Below are positions 12,982 through 25,896 of a stretch of DNA of 64,000 nt, one piece after another. A program made the position numbers and the translations under genes. Source of the DNA: Podarcis liolepis (taxonomy: Eukaryota); the NCBI GenBank assembly GCA_965112155.1, contig OZ218105.1; one strand, written 5' to 3'. Within the stretch, counting starts at the first letter, position 1. Each line of letters opens with the position of its first letter. The notes under the pieces are model-generated. The model was not told the DNA's origin, ran no database searches, and worked only from the letters and a program-made list of their open reading frames with translations.

Positions 12982-13212
12982 CAGTGGTACCTTGGGTTAC
13001 AGACACTTCAGGTTACAGACATTTCAGGTTACAGACTCCGCTAACCCAGAAATAGTACTTCGGGTTAAGAACTTTGCTTCAGGATGGGAACAGAAATCAC
13101 GCAGCGGCATTGGGAGGCCCCATTAGCTAAAGTGTTACCTCAGGTTAAGAACAGTTTTAGGTTAAGAACGGACCTCCAGAACGAATGAAGTTCTTAACCC
13201 AAGGTACCACTG
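12982..13212 (+). mobile_element. Tc1/mariner (Tigger-like) MITE, family with three copies in the window
   Basis: TIRs CAGTGGTACCTTGGGTTA / TAACCCAAGGTACCACTG, TA TSD. Confidence 0.9.
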
Positions 13213-13296
13213 TATAGGATCTGCAAAATGTTTTTCAAGTGTCACACTTCATTGTGCTATAATTTTTGTTATCCAGACAGCTCAAGAAAATGTAAA

Positions 13297-13298
<2 letters not shown>

Positions 13299-13346
<48 letters not shown>
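13299..13346. repeat. (CT)n microsatellite
   Basis: Read directly from the sequence. Confidence 0.95.
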
Positions 13347-13350
<4 letters not shown>

Positions 13351-13357
13351 GTATATG

Positions 13358-13491
13358 AGGGGTGGGGAATCAGAGGCCCTGCAGATGTTGCTGGACTACA
13401 GTTCCTATCATCCCTGACCATTGACGGTGTGGACCGCTGATGGGAGTTGGAGTGCAGTAGCATTTGGAGGGCCACACATTCCACAGCTATG
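13358..13491. mobile_element. Palindromic ~135-bp hAT MITE, diverged copy
   Basis: GGCCCTGCAGATGTTGCTGGACTACA...CATTTGGAGGGCCAC; same family as 40370-40505. Confidence 0.75.
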
Positions 13492-13709
13492 CTGTACATA
13501 CCACAACTTTGTTTATCCTCCAAATTGTAATTGTGTCAGAACTGTGAAGCTTTTTTCTTGCAATAGCTCATTAACAACGAAATGAGTAAAAGAAACAGAA
13601 AGTAACACCTCAGTTCTAAATGCTATATGTTAGTTCCTCTTGACAACTCCGTGTAAACCTATAATAACCTCATATTTTTCAGAGGTGTCATTGTTGGTAC
13701 AGTCATTAG

Positions 13710-14399
13710 CAGTGCTTTCCCCCCTAGGTGCCTAATACTCACCATGTTCCTTTCCACCCACCTTTTCTCTCTCTCATACACACAATCTCTCCTGTCCCCC
13801 CTCAATTAATTAAAGCCCCTCTTTGCGCCCCTTCCCCTTCTTCAACCTCGCCCCCACCCTGCCCTGTCTGCTCTTCACACCCACCCAGCATCCTACCCTC
13901 CCTCATCTCCTTCTCCCCCCTTCCGCTCCTCCCAGCCACCAGCAACACCACCTGCGCTTGTCTCTATGGCTTGCTCCAGCCACAAAATGGAGGACAGCGG
14001 CGCTAGCAGCAGAGGCAGCTGCCTCCTCCCCCTTCTCTCTCTCTCTCCCCCTCTCCCTCTCCCCATTCTTGCAGGCATGAAAAGAGCAAGCAGAGATGAA
14101 AGGGAAGTGGTGCTTGTGCCCGCCTGGCCACTCATGCGGCAGTGAGGCAGTGGCACAACAGCATGTCCAGGGGGAGAGTGTGCACTGCAGGCAGCTGAGG
14201 GGGAGCGGTGCAACCTGTTGACTGGGAGTGGCTACTGGAAGTGGCTTCCTTTTCCTCACCGCCGCCTCAGCCTGCTGCTTTTCACAAACCCCCTTTGCTT
14301 GCTTGCTCTCCCAGTCCTCTGTTTACCTTATCACAAGATTTGAAAAGAAAAATAAGGCACTTTGTAACCTTGAGTACCGCCAGAAAAAAAAAAGCATCG
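13710..14399. mobile_element. Non-autonomous hAT-like element with GC-rich interior
   Basis: Termini CAGTGCTTT / AAAGCATCG with subterminal TACTCA / TGAGTA. Flanks GTCATTAG / GACATTAT (6/8). Confidence 0.55.
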
Positions 14400-15907
14400 G
14401 ACATTATACAGTAAGCTGGCTTTACTTGGAGTACAGTTTGTATGGTACTAGCCTCTCATTTCATAAGAAGGAAAAATCTTAAATCTTGACATTTCCAAAA
14501 CACACTGTAAAAATGGATGAAGATCCCAGTTTTAAAAATTCACTCTGGTTTTGTTGGGCAATGTTTCTTGGAAATGCTCAGTTGATGGATCTGTCGCACA
14601 CCAGAAAATGACACCTTTTCAAAACACTGTATTTTATTTTGGGAAAACAGAGAAGTACAAGGTTATGGCTCTGTAATCTGGTATTAAACTAGAGCATCAA
14701 ACCCAGTGCGCAAGAAAAGACTACTGGGAGATGTCTACAACTGATCTCCCCGCCTTGTGAGGCTTAAGATTACATAAACACGTTCTCTTTCATTTAACCT
14801 CCTCAAAGCCTGTCTCTTTGAATCAGAACTCATGTTGGCCACTCCAAATTATTGAGACACAACTTATCTACAATAGACTGCTCCAAAGATTACTGACAAA
14901 TTATAAGCAATTTCAGCTGCCTGTAAATGTTTCCTGTGGATCATTTTGACTGACCTTGAGATCAACCTTAAGCAACATGGATATTTGTCTTTTCATATAT
15001 TTCCCCAGTGGATATGAATATCAGTTGTATTAAAAATGATGGATGGTGGCAATTTCCTATTAATTTCGATTAAAAAAAAACCTTTAACACTTTTGATGTT
15101 GACCACCAAAAAAGAATGACTGTATTTCAGGTGAATGTTTTGTCTGGCAGACTTTGTGTAAACAAGGTTTGAATGATCGCTTTGAATAGTTGGGGAGGTG
15201 GGGAGCACCATTGGCAATTGTCCTAGAATTACAAATAGTTTGAGAAGGCAATGAAATCACCTATTCAACAGAAGCGATTACCAGACACTAGGAGGAAAAA
15301 GAAATGCCTTCTTTCTTTCCCCCTAAAAAGAGTGAACCCAATTGATACATCCTCCTAAGAAACCTGAGTTTGCAACATGTGTATGATAGAATTGATGCTA
15401 TTTGAAAATAAAATGGCATTCACAATTTTTTTCAGTGCTCTTCAGCTTTGTTCACATGCTGGACAAAGGGATGTGGCAGGAGAGTTGCAGTTCTTTATCC
15501 CTAACACACCTGATCTACCTACTCCCAGAGCTACCTTGCCTCAGCATGTACATAACGTGAACTGATATGCATTCCTTATATAAATATTATATATGCTTAT
15601 TAAATATAGGCCTAGCCCAGACCTTATTCAGGGACAGAAGGGATAGAGTTCAAGATTGTGCTATGAAAAACAGTTCCCTATGTTCAAGCGTTTCATTTTG
15701 CCAAATGGAACAATCCCCTCATTCTCCTTCTGCACAGTTCTGGGGCTTCTCCTGACCTGCATCAGAGCCAATTGACCAAAAGGCTCCACAGGCCAAGTCT
15801 GGCTGGTGGCTCATCTGAAAACAGAGCATGGAGACATGGTGGAGGATGCCTAGGATTCATTGGACAAACACACTAGCAAGCATGGTGGGAGTATACTGAC
15901 CACACTG

Positions 15908-16130
15908 AGAACCAGTGTGGCATAGTGGTTAGAGTGGCAGACTAGGACCTTAGAGAGCAGAATTCAAATCCTCACTCAGCCAAAAAGAGTACTGGGTGAC
16001 ATTGGGCTAGTCACTGTCTCTCAGTTTAATCTATCTCACATGGTTGTGAGCTCAATAGGGAAGAAGACCCATGCATCCCACTTTGGGCCCCTTGGAGAAA
16101 AGCTGAGGTGTCAATTTAATCAGAAATAAC
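15908..16130 (+). mobile_element. Older MIR-related SINE (Squam3-like)
   Basis: TGTGGCATAGTGGTTAGAGTG A box, TTCAAATCC B box, and GGGTGACATTGGGCTAGTCAC core. Confidence 0.75.
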
Positions 16131-19092
16131 AGTAAAATAAATTTCCCTCCATTGAATCCAGTGGGATTGAACAAGGGCAGGGCCTGATGCTGAGAGCTGG
16201 AGGATCCCTGCCTGTATGCAAATACTTCTTGATTGTTTTGGGTACATTTATATTGAAGACTAAACTGAGTATTATTATGCAGAACTAAAATATTCAATCT
16301 ATGCTTTATATTTCCACCCCTCCTGGGGTTGATTTACAGTGCATTTATTATTTCAGAGGTTAATGACAACTGATGCTCCAAGCTTGTCATGGATCTTTGT
16401 AGTTTTATGTAGCTAATAGCAATGGCTATGAAATAAGCGCTCGCTCTCTCTCTCTTTCATAAAAAGCTTCTTTTAAGCCTGAAGGCACAGTCTGTGATAA
16501 AATAAATGTTACAGACATAAAGCCCCAATAGGCAGGCCCAGAGTCATTGTGATGTATCTTGATAGTCTCTCAGTTACCTCTAATTCAGATATATTCATAT
16601 ACAAATATAAATGTACCACCTTCCCCAGAGCTTCAACCAGATATCGGAGAGTCAAGCTGGGTTCTTTCCCTTCTATGCATCATCATCAGTAATAAACTCT
16701 CTGCAGGCCAGATGAAGGCCTCAGGCCAGGTAATTGGAATATAACATTTTTGATAGCACATAAAAATGAATAGTATCTAGCTCATTTTCTCCTACCTGGG
16801 TTACTCAGCAACTAAGAAGACAAATCTCTTAAATGAAAGGGAAGGGGGGGCACACAATGCAGAAGGAAAAAGGGGTGCAATTTAAGAAATTGTGCTGCCT
16901 CTGAGGTCCAAACCATTTCTATATGATATACTATAGCATGGCATAGTGTAATAGTACCAAATGCCTTTTTCTAAGTTTCTCTGACTTGTGGGACTTTTGC
17001 CACACTGCACCCATTCCCCAGCCACACTACATCTCCCCAGACCACACCTCTAATCAATTCTGCTTTTCACCACCCTTGGGTGCTTTTATTCGGCTGGGGT
17101 ATGTCCCTAACTCTGACAGTGTTTGCCTGGTCCTAGTGAGGGGTATGTGAGAGAGTGTGTAGAAACCAGCCTACCATACAAAAGTAAGCTTTACAATTGT
17201 TCCTCTGCCAACTTTTGCCTGTGGCCACCGACACCTGGAAATGCGGCCTCTGGATGCTTGTCCAGAAGTAATGAATCCTCAGGGTGCCCCACCCCATAAC
17301 AGCAGCAAATAGTACGCTACAGTATGAGAACTTCCCTTCCATTGCATGATCCAGAAATTTCGTGCCCTGCATCACCAAGCTGCAAGTGATCAGTTCAAAA
17401 GTGGCAAGGTGCTATGACAGGTAGAAGTGTGAGCTATTTAAGAGTGCCTCATCCAGAATACTGCACATAAACACTTGTGTGAGACTTGGCATTTACTAAA
17501 GTTGTAAGGAATCCTGACTACTAATATGTATTCAACTTCCATGTTGTACCTCTGCACTCCTGACCTTTGCCTGGTGGTGTTTCTCTTGATACCGCTGCCA
17601 ACTGTGTTAATCTTTATGGCTATAGTTATATTAGAATAATAATGGGAATAATGTCCTCACTAGATGTCTTTTTCCTTGGGCAGCTATGTACTGACTTAGA
17701 AGCTATCCAGCCTTTCCAAATAGCATGATTGTTTCAAGCTCAATGAGACAAGTTACAATGAGACAGAGGATGAAGCCTTAGCATGAAGACACGTTAATAT
17801 TTTTAAAACCATTGCAGAAGTGGCTTGATACCATCTTTGAGCCCTGAAAACAAGCACAGACATTCTTCCTGAAACAAGTTCTGGGGTAAAATTATATGAT
17901 TTTTCATATTTCATGCTTGTTGGGCATGATGGTACCTATTGGCTACCTCCTGTGAGATCACCAGCATGCTACAAGTACCAATTCCTGGAGCAGTTTCCCT
18001 CTAGTTTTTTTGTTTTTAATTATCATAGCCTATATCTGTGTTGGATTTGAAATGGTTTTTATATAAGAAATTATTGAACTGTATCCAACACGATAGCTCT
18101 GCTAACCTACTGTTGTTAAGTCGCTTTGAGTTGTTTCATAGAAAGTAATTCATAAATGGAAGTAATTAATTAATTAATTAAAACAAATATTTTTGCAACT
18201 TGATCCCCACCTTTCCAAATATGAAGGTGAATGTGTATGCAGAGAAATGCCTCTTAGGTAGGCTGCATTGCCATCATTTCACATCACTTGCTAGCAAGAC
18301 ATGCAGGTATAGAAGAAGCGCAAGAGTAGCTGGACATTTTGGGGAAGTTTTGCCATTTACTCAGTGGAACAGGTGTATACCTTTTCATTTGGAACCAGCT
18401 TTCTTGTTCAGCCTAGTAATCCATTTCAGTAAATGCTTCTTTCCAGCTGTGTCAGGTTTTGCCCCCACCCTCACAGATGCTTGTCTAGGACTGCATGCTT
18501 ACTGAGTTGTAGAGAGAGGTCTAGGTACTGAATCCCATGTGCCAAACTCAGAATTTGCCTATAATACCAAAACACACAAAGGCTTAAACCTGTCTACTTG
18601 ATTGCAGTTACATTACATGCATCTGCATTCTAAATAAGGGTTTTTTAATATAGGAGTCTGATGCAATAAAGTGCCATTCATGTTTGTAATTTAGTTCTAA
18701 CAACATTAATATTTATAGCAAGAAATACAGCTGATATACGTTTACCCAGAATTACATGCTACACTTTTCTTCCCAGCCAGAGAAACCACAAATCAACCAG
18801 TATTCCCCCCCAACCCCCCTCTGAGCAGCTTCCTCACAATTCTTCCATAGGCCATGCTAAGTTAATATATCAGTAGAACAAAGCTGGGCTTTATGATGCT
18901 ATCCAGACACATAGAGTCTTTTGGAACAAAACAGAAATGAAGCCTGGTGTGTTATCTGGCAGCAACTCATAGTAACTGTTCAGTTTTCAGCGGACATAAT
19001 TTTTTTGACAGAGCCAAAGAAATCTTATGAAAATAATCCTGCCATATTCTTGTTAGAATGTAACACAGCAGCCTCTGAGAGTTCAAACATAA

Positions 19093-19320
19093 TGTTGCGC
19101 GCCACCCCAATCTCTGAGCGGTGTGAGATTTCAGGGGTACCAGGCACACTTAACCAGGGTCTATGTTTCCTTTAGGACACCGAGGCACAGCAGAGACTGT
19201 GTTGTCTTTATGACATGTGGTTTATTAACACATATATACAATCTAAGGCCTACATGGAGAAGTCCACATCATTACTCCCCAAGACGTTTCTGTTCCTCTC
19301 TGAACTGCAGCTTTGCAGCT
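19093..19320 (-). mobile_element. LTR fragment (same family as 25360-25896)
   Basis: Begins TGTTGCG. Shares GAGGCAC.GCAGAGACTGTGT.GTCTTTA and ACACATATATACAA with 25360-25560. TTTATT gives a minus-strand poly(A) signal. Confidence 0.6.
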
Positions 19321-21711
19321 TAACAGCAAAAAGTACCGTACTGTCTCTCTTGTTAAGTGCAGTTGTTTAATTGTACATTGAAATGGAAAACAACTCTGTG
19401 TATGTCTGTATGCATATTGCTGAAAGCATGGTATGGAAAGTTCCATCGAGCTAAACAAAAGTTCAATACTTAGTTGAGAATGTATCTTTGCTAGCTCTCA
19501 CAGGGCTACTTAGATCACATTGCAGATCTTCATTTTGGGTGTGTTAGTTGGTCTTGCTCTGAAGCATCCGAGAAGAAAGGACATGTGCTTAATCTCTCTC
19601 CAGGAAAACAGCCCTCGGGCTAATGGAGGCTGTTTGGAGAGACAGAGCTTTTGCTTTTTACCTCTGGATTGAAGAAATTAATATTTCTAAGATGTTTTGC
19701 CTGTGCATGATATTACACAACTATTTGGCTGTAACATTATTTGTTTTATATCTGTTTTGAAGCAAGCTCTGACTTCATTTTAACATACAAGTTCTAATTA
19801 TATCCCAACTTTAACTAAACCCAGGCATTTAGCACCTTCAAACTTATAACAGTATATAAAATAAAGGGAGGTTGAATATTATTATTATTTTGCTGAACAA
19901 ATGTGAGGAAATTAAATGGATTGTACCTATGAAAGCTGTTTGAACATCTATCCTGTTCATATTACTAACTTATTTAGAGCAAATATTTTGGAACCAATAA
20001 AACTCTAGTTATAGAAAACAAGGTGGTGATTAGACCAGCTATCCCTAGTATTATAATGCAACCCTTTATTTACCTAAACTTCTCCCTGCTTCCATTTATC
20101 CAGATAATATTTTGGAAAAATTGGAAGTTGCCAAATACTGCGAGATAGATACCTGGTTGGCTGTTGTATGTAAAGCAGGAACAAATGTCTTGGGAAGGCA
20201 GGATAAGCTGTAGCTGAACATTAAACAAATATACATTCTTCTAGTGCTCATTTCCCCCTCGAGTTTATATTGGACTTCAGCTTACATGCTCATGCAATAA
20301 TAAGCAATAGTACCATTTTTAAAATAACATTTTGTAATAAGCAAGGAGCCAAGGATTAAATGCTGGTTACTGAAAATTTCATAACAATTTTTATATTGCC
20401 TATTTCCACACACGTACACCATGCAATAATGTGTGTGTGTGTAAAGTTATTACCTTATGAAAAGAAACATTTCTTTGCATACCCAGAGGATGGAAAGAGG
20501 AAGGCAGTATTTTGTGTGGCCCAGCTACCTTGCGCATGTCAACATTTGCCACTTAGGACTGGCTCAGACGTTATAGTCTTGGTCCAATAAACCTTCTATC
20601 AGATCAGATTTCAGGGCAGTGTAAAACTAATGTAAAAGCATGCAATGTACACTGAGATATTGCATTCGCTTTAGCATGCCTGGGTAGATAAGTATTTCTT
20701 AACCTAGTGCCTGGGTTGTTGGTTTTTTGGGTTGTTTTTTTTTTGGTAAAGTAGGCACCAGATGCCCTTCTCCTGGGAGGATATTCAAAAGTCAGGACAC
20801 CATCACTGGGAAAGGGTTAAGCACACTTACATTAAAGAAAGTACTGTTGGATCTCCTGGCTTGAATTTTCTGACTTGCAGATGGAGCTACAGAGAAAGGT
20901 GGAGTGCAAAAGTAAGAAACCCAGTGAATCTCTCCTGATGCTATGAAGGGGCACCTGCTGTTTCCTATCTGTGGAGAAACTTCACTTGAAGTGAGACATC
21001 CGGGGTAGGAATGTGTGTGGTGGCTTGGATGCACTCAACACTGTGCATCCAACCACTGTGAAAGTGGATTGGTGGATCCTAGCCACCCTTCCAATGTGTC
21101 ACTGATGCCAATGATTTCTCTCCAGATGCTCCCTTGGTTCTCCTAACATCCAGTTTATGCTTTCATGCCTTTATCAGAGGCAGCAGGACTCGGGATCAGA
21201 GTAATTAACAGAGTGCCTTTGATCTTTTCCAGAGAGACAGGGTCAGTATTTCTTTCCTCTGTAGACACCAGACCAAAAATACCTCACCTTGGCATTCACC
21301 TAATTTGTGATCTATTTGTTGTGGTGTCTTCCTATCCTCACTCTTGATCCCTGGTCTTTGAATCACCTGCAGGTGTGTGTTCGCTATTATTATTAATAAC
21401 TGAGCACTGATATATGTTTTTGTATGTATGTGGTTTTTTTTTGAAGTGATGCCCTATACTTAGAGCACCTGCCCATGCATTTCAGGTTTCAGCCTGTGAC
21501 AGGAAAGTAGCTCTCTTTCCCTATGCCAAAATATAGGATGAGCATTAAGGTTTGCATTGATAAAAGTACAAATCTTTTAGCCACAGATTGTATGTTTATT
21601 TCAACGAAGACTAGAAGGAATGCTGGTTTGTATGAGGAGTTGCTGTAGCTTAGTATTGAAGTGAATAGTTCTTATGGTTGAAATGCCAGTTCAGTCCCTA
21701 GCAGCACAAGA

Positions 21712-22075
21712 TGTAAAGGAATACCTACCCATATCTATAGCCTGATTACCCATATAAAACTTTGGAGGTGGGGCTGCAGAGGTGACAGGACCAGATAAAC
21801 AGTAGAGGAGGGGAACCCCCCATCTTTTCTCTGCTCCAAATGGCTTCCCTCAAGTAGCTTGAACCCATATGAGGTTTCAGACATGTCCTTGCCCTTGTCA
21901 GCATGGACCAGGAACCCCACAGAGAAGAAAGCAGCTGATGGGGAAGTCATACGGAGCAGAAGAACAGGAAGTGGGGAAAGGGTTAAGCACTACCTACCCC
22001 CTCTGCCTCTTAAGCTCTGAATAAAGATCCTGACATTGCTCCTATGTTGTTGTGTTTGGGATCTGAGTATTTGCT
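21712..22075 (+). mobile_element. Possible degraded solo LTR
   Basis: Starts TGTAAAGG, has a GC-richer body and AATAAA near 22020 followed by a GT-rich tract. No clean 3' CA end or TSD found. Confidence 0.3.
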
Positions 22076-22208
22076 CTCTCCCTTGCTTTTTTTGTAAATT
22101 GTAACCTTTTCTCCATAGAATATTAGATTTGACATTTATTATTTCCAGAATCAAAATGTCTCTTTGTCATTATCCAAGTAATATCCGTTTCCCGTCAAAC
22201 AACAGGCC

Positions 22209-22242
<34 letters not shown>

Positions 22243-22387
22243 AATCATGTTCTTTTTCTGACTCCATGGTGAGTCACTGCTATCATTAGTTGTACATGCA
22301 CATTTATCAATCTATATTCCTGAGTCATGAATATTGAAAAACAGCAAAGTCAAATATGGCAAAAGAGTGGCTGGGGAAACCCAGCCA

Positions 22388-22423
<36 letters not shown>

Positions 22424-23254
22424 ATTTGTTATTGTTATTAATGTTTGGAGGAAACGTGACTGAACATGAGCTAGAAGCCAGTTGAAGGCCTATTCCATGG
22501 TAATGGAGACAGCAAAGAAATTATTTTTCTCTGCCACCCTTGCAACTGCACAGAGTCATCTAATGGAGCTATTATGGGTGGTCAATGGCCTATTGTCCAT
22601 AATATGACAATTCAGACAACTGGATAGCAAAGAATTTGCATGACACTTCACAGACAAAATCACTTGGACTAGCTCTGACTTGTGTGGTAAGAATTCACTT
22701 ACACCACCTTGTTTGTTACCCATGTGAGGGACCACCTTTTAAATAAACCACAGAACCAAAGAAACTATGGTATTTCAAGTCCAGTATCCAGATTCAGGGA
22801 CCTGACATTTATTATAGCGATTGCAATAAGACAGAGCTCACTCAACTCAATGTGCCAGTTAAAGTGCCTCAAGGCACTTCAGAACAAAAGCTTATATAGT
22901 TGTTCAAACACAGCAAACAAAGAGTCATAAAACATCTTCACATACATTAAGAAAGGCTACAGGCCATGGAATAGAAGACATGTCATCTTCCTGGTGTCCA
23001 CTTCCTCCACTATCACCTTGGGGTTGACCAGAAGTGTGTAAGTCTTTTGCCCATTTTCGGTATCAGATGTCCCACGTTGTCCTGGCAACCTAGATGATGT
23101 CTTTACTGACATTCCTCCATCTATCTTTCAGGAAACTTCCAAGGATTTCTGATTGACACCCTGTTGCTATGTCTCATAACTGACATATGAAAACATCCTG
23201 CCATTTGTGCCACTTTCAGCGTCAGAGAAAGATGAATGGAATGCAACTTATGTT

Positions 23255-23658
23255 GGGGTTCCTGGATGAGACAGATTAGTTAGATTCATCTCAGGTCTGG
23301 TTATGGAATAGACACTACTTTGGTCACCTTGGTAAATGATCTACACTGGGAATTGGACAGAGGGAATGTACCTCTGTTGGTTCTGCTGGACCTCTCAGCA
23401 GCTTTTGATACCATCAACCATGGCATGCTTCTGGACTGCATGTCTAGGATGAGGCTTGGGGGCAGTATTTTACAGTGACTCTGGTCGGTCTTGGAGAGGC
23501 GAGTGTGGTGCCAGCAGATTCCTTTTTAACGCTGTGGCCATTGACATGTGGGGTCCCTCAGAGCTCCATCTTCTCCCCCATGCCATTTAACATATACATG
23601 AAAGCACTGAGAAAAATCATCCTGATTTAGGGGGTGTGGTGCCATCAGTATGTTGATA
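23255..23658 (+). mobile_element. L2 LINE reverse-transcriptase fragment
   Basis: Translates to ...LVLLDLSAAFDTINHGMLL...CGVPQSSIFSPMPFNIYMK...CHQYVD, with stops and frameshifts. Confidence 0.9.
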
Positions 23659-23908
23659 GAAGAAGAAGAAGAGTTTGGATTTGATATCCCGCCTTTCACT
23701 CCCTTTAAGGAGTCTCAAAGCGGCTAACATTCTCCTTTCCCTTCCTCCCCCACAACAAACACTCTGTGAGGTGAGTGGGGCTGAGAGACTTCAAAGAAGT
23801 GTGACTAGCCCAAGGTCACCCAGCAGCTGCATGTGGAGGAGCAGAGACGCGAACCCGGTTCCCCAGATTACGAGACTACCGCTCTTAACCACTACACCAC
23901 ACTGGCTC
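23659..23908 (-). mobile_element. Squam3-like SINE, young full-length copy with (TTC)n tail
   Basis: Reverse complement of 12456-12690; CpGs are retained. Confidence 0.88.
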
Positions 23909-25359
23909 TATCAAAATTTCCCTTTCACATATATTTTATTTTTATTTGTAAACATTTTTGGGGGAGTGATTCCCTATTGTTTGTAAGGGGCAGGGGGAAA
24001 GGTAAGAGATTTCAGGGTAACAAGATTTTTGGGTGAAGCCATAATCCTTATTTGCACAAAACTGTTCACCAGAACTTTCCTGTGAAATGAGCAGTTCTGC
24101 ATAGGTCAAAATTATGCCTAGTGTTACAGACACAAAGTTGACTAAATGATATACCATCAATTTGTAAATCTTTTTAGTACTTTTCATTTCATGATCAAGA
24201 ACTTTGGGACATAAGATGAACTAGAATACAGGATTACTGTATTTGGAATGTGGAATGTACGGTAATTTCACACTTGTTCACTTTAGCTCATTTCATATGG
24301 AACTGTATTCCATAGCACTTTTTTTTCAGCCATGCCAAATTCTCATTAAAAGTGAATAATGGGTAGTTAGTGGGAGTTTTCTTATTATTATTGATCCATT
24401 TGAGCCAGTTAGGGCATTCAGGAATCCTGCTTCCTCTCTCCCAGGTATTGATAATATCTGCAGGTATTATCTCATCCATGATCAAGCTTTGCTTCCACTG
24501 ATAGGGTATGTTAGGTGAATCTTACCCAGAAGGTTAAACTCAGTATTCCTCCCATCTGCAACTTCTCAATAATCTGTGAAAGTGGAGGCGTTATAATGCT
24601 TACTGTGTTCATGCGAGGTTACCGATTACTACCTGCCCACATGGGTACAGATATGATAGGATATGATATGGTAAACTTTTATGCATCTGTTGATTTGACT
24701 CCCAGCTATGTGTATCAACCCTACATCATTCAGATGTGGAGGGAGGGGGGCAAAAAAGAAAGGGAAATAAAACAATTTTTTTTATTTTTTTTAAAAAATC
24801 AAAAGGTGATGCAAAAATGCTAAATTAAATAAAGCTATAGAAAATAATGATGTGATGGAGTAGAATGAGCACAACCATGGATTGTAGTTTGCCTTGGGCA
24901 GTTAAAAGGCTTGGAGCCAGCTCAGGGTATAAAGTCACATTAGCATTAGATAGCAACTTGCAGGTGCTCACATCATATATTTTCATTATCTTAGCCTTTA
25001 GCTCTTGTATTCCAGAACTGCCATGTCTTTTGAAATGTGTTTACGACTTAGGAAGTACATCCTACTGTTGGTTACAGTACTTTTTATAATAAGCACATTT
25101 CTGATAACTGGCTATTTTTGTTTGTTTGTTTGCTGGAATGAATACTAATAAGAGGGCCATCTTATCCAGTTGTCTAAATAATGAGCATGACTGAAAAGTA
25201 ATTTATAACAATGTGTTATAGATTGGATGGGATTATAACATGTTTTTATTATGTGACTTGATGACGTGACTGAAAGGTAGTAACTAAAATACCCATATTA
25301 AAAAACCCAAACACATGTCTGCACTCTCTTCTCTTTCTCAAAAGTGCATCCCTTTCTGT

Positions 25360-25896
25360 TGTCGCATGCCACCACCACCTCTGAGTGGTGCAAGATTCTG
25401 GGAGTTCCAGATGCATACATAGGATTTGTGTTTCCTTTTGGAAATGAGGCACGGCAGAGACTGTGTCGTCTTTAGGATAAATGGTATATTTACACATATA
25501 TACAACCTGAGCTTTTGATAGAAGGGTTCACAGTACCAACACCCCAAGACAGCCTTGCTACACTGATAGCCACAGCCTTTGGTTAAAGCAGAAATTAGTC
25601 ATGGCTTTCTCTCTGCTTTTCCAGTTTGCAGCTTCTTCCAGTAGGTCACATCACAGCCAACCTTTCCCTCAAAACTCCTGCTTTGTCCTACTAACTATCT
25701 AAGAGAGGGAAGGGGAACACCCATTTATTATCTGGCACAGATACCCCTTTCCTTGGTTTTCTTAATGGCCCATCACCCAGGCTAGATTGGCTATTCCAGC
25801 AATTGAATCCATACTGGACCCAGGAATTAGAAGGGGGTCCAGGCATTCTGCCTACCCCCCCCCCACATCAAAATAAGATTATGCCATTCTGAGACA
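25360..25896 (-). mobile_element. Solo LTR (~540 bp)
   Basis: TGTCGCA...TGAGACA termini (TG..CA with a short inverted repeat). Homologous to 19093-19320. TSD not clear. Confidence 0.6.

Noticed and set aside
13728-14482. Cluster of overlapping 68-118 aa ORFs
   Set aside because: Low-complexity GC-rich interior of a non-autonomous transposon; stop codons are scarce for compositional reasons.
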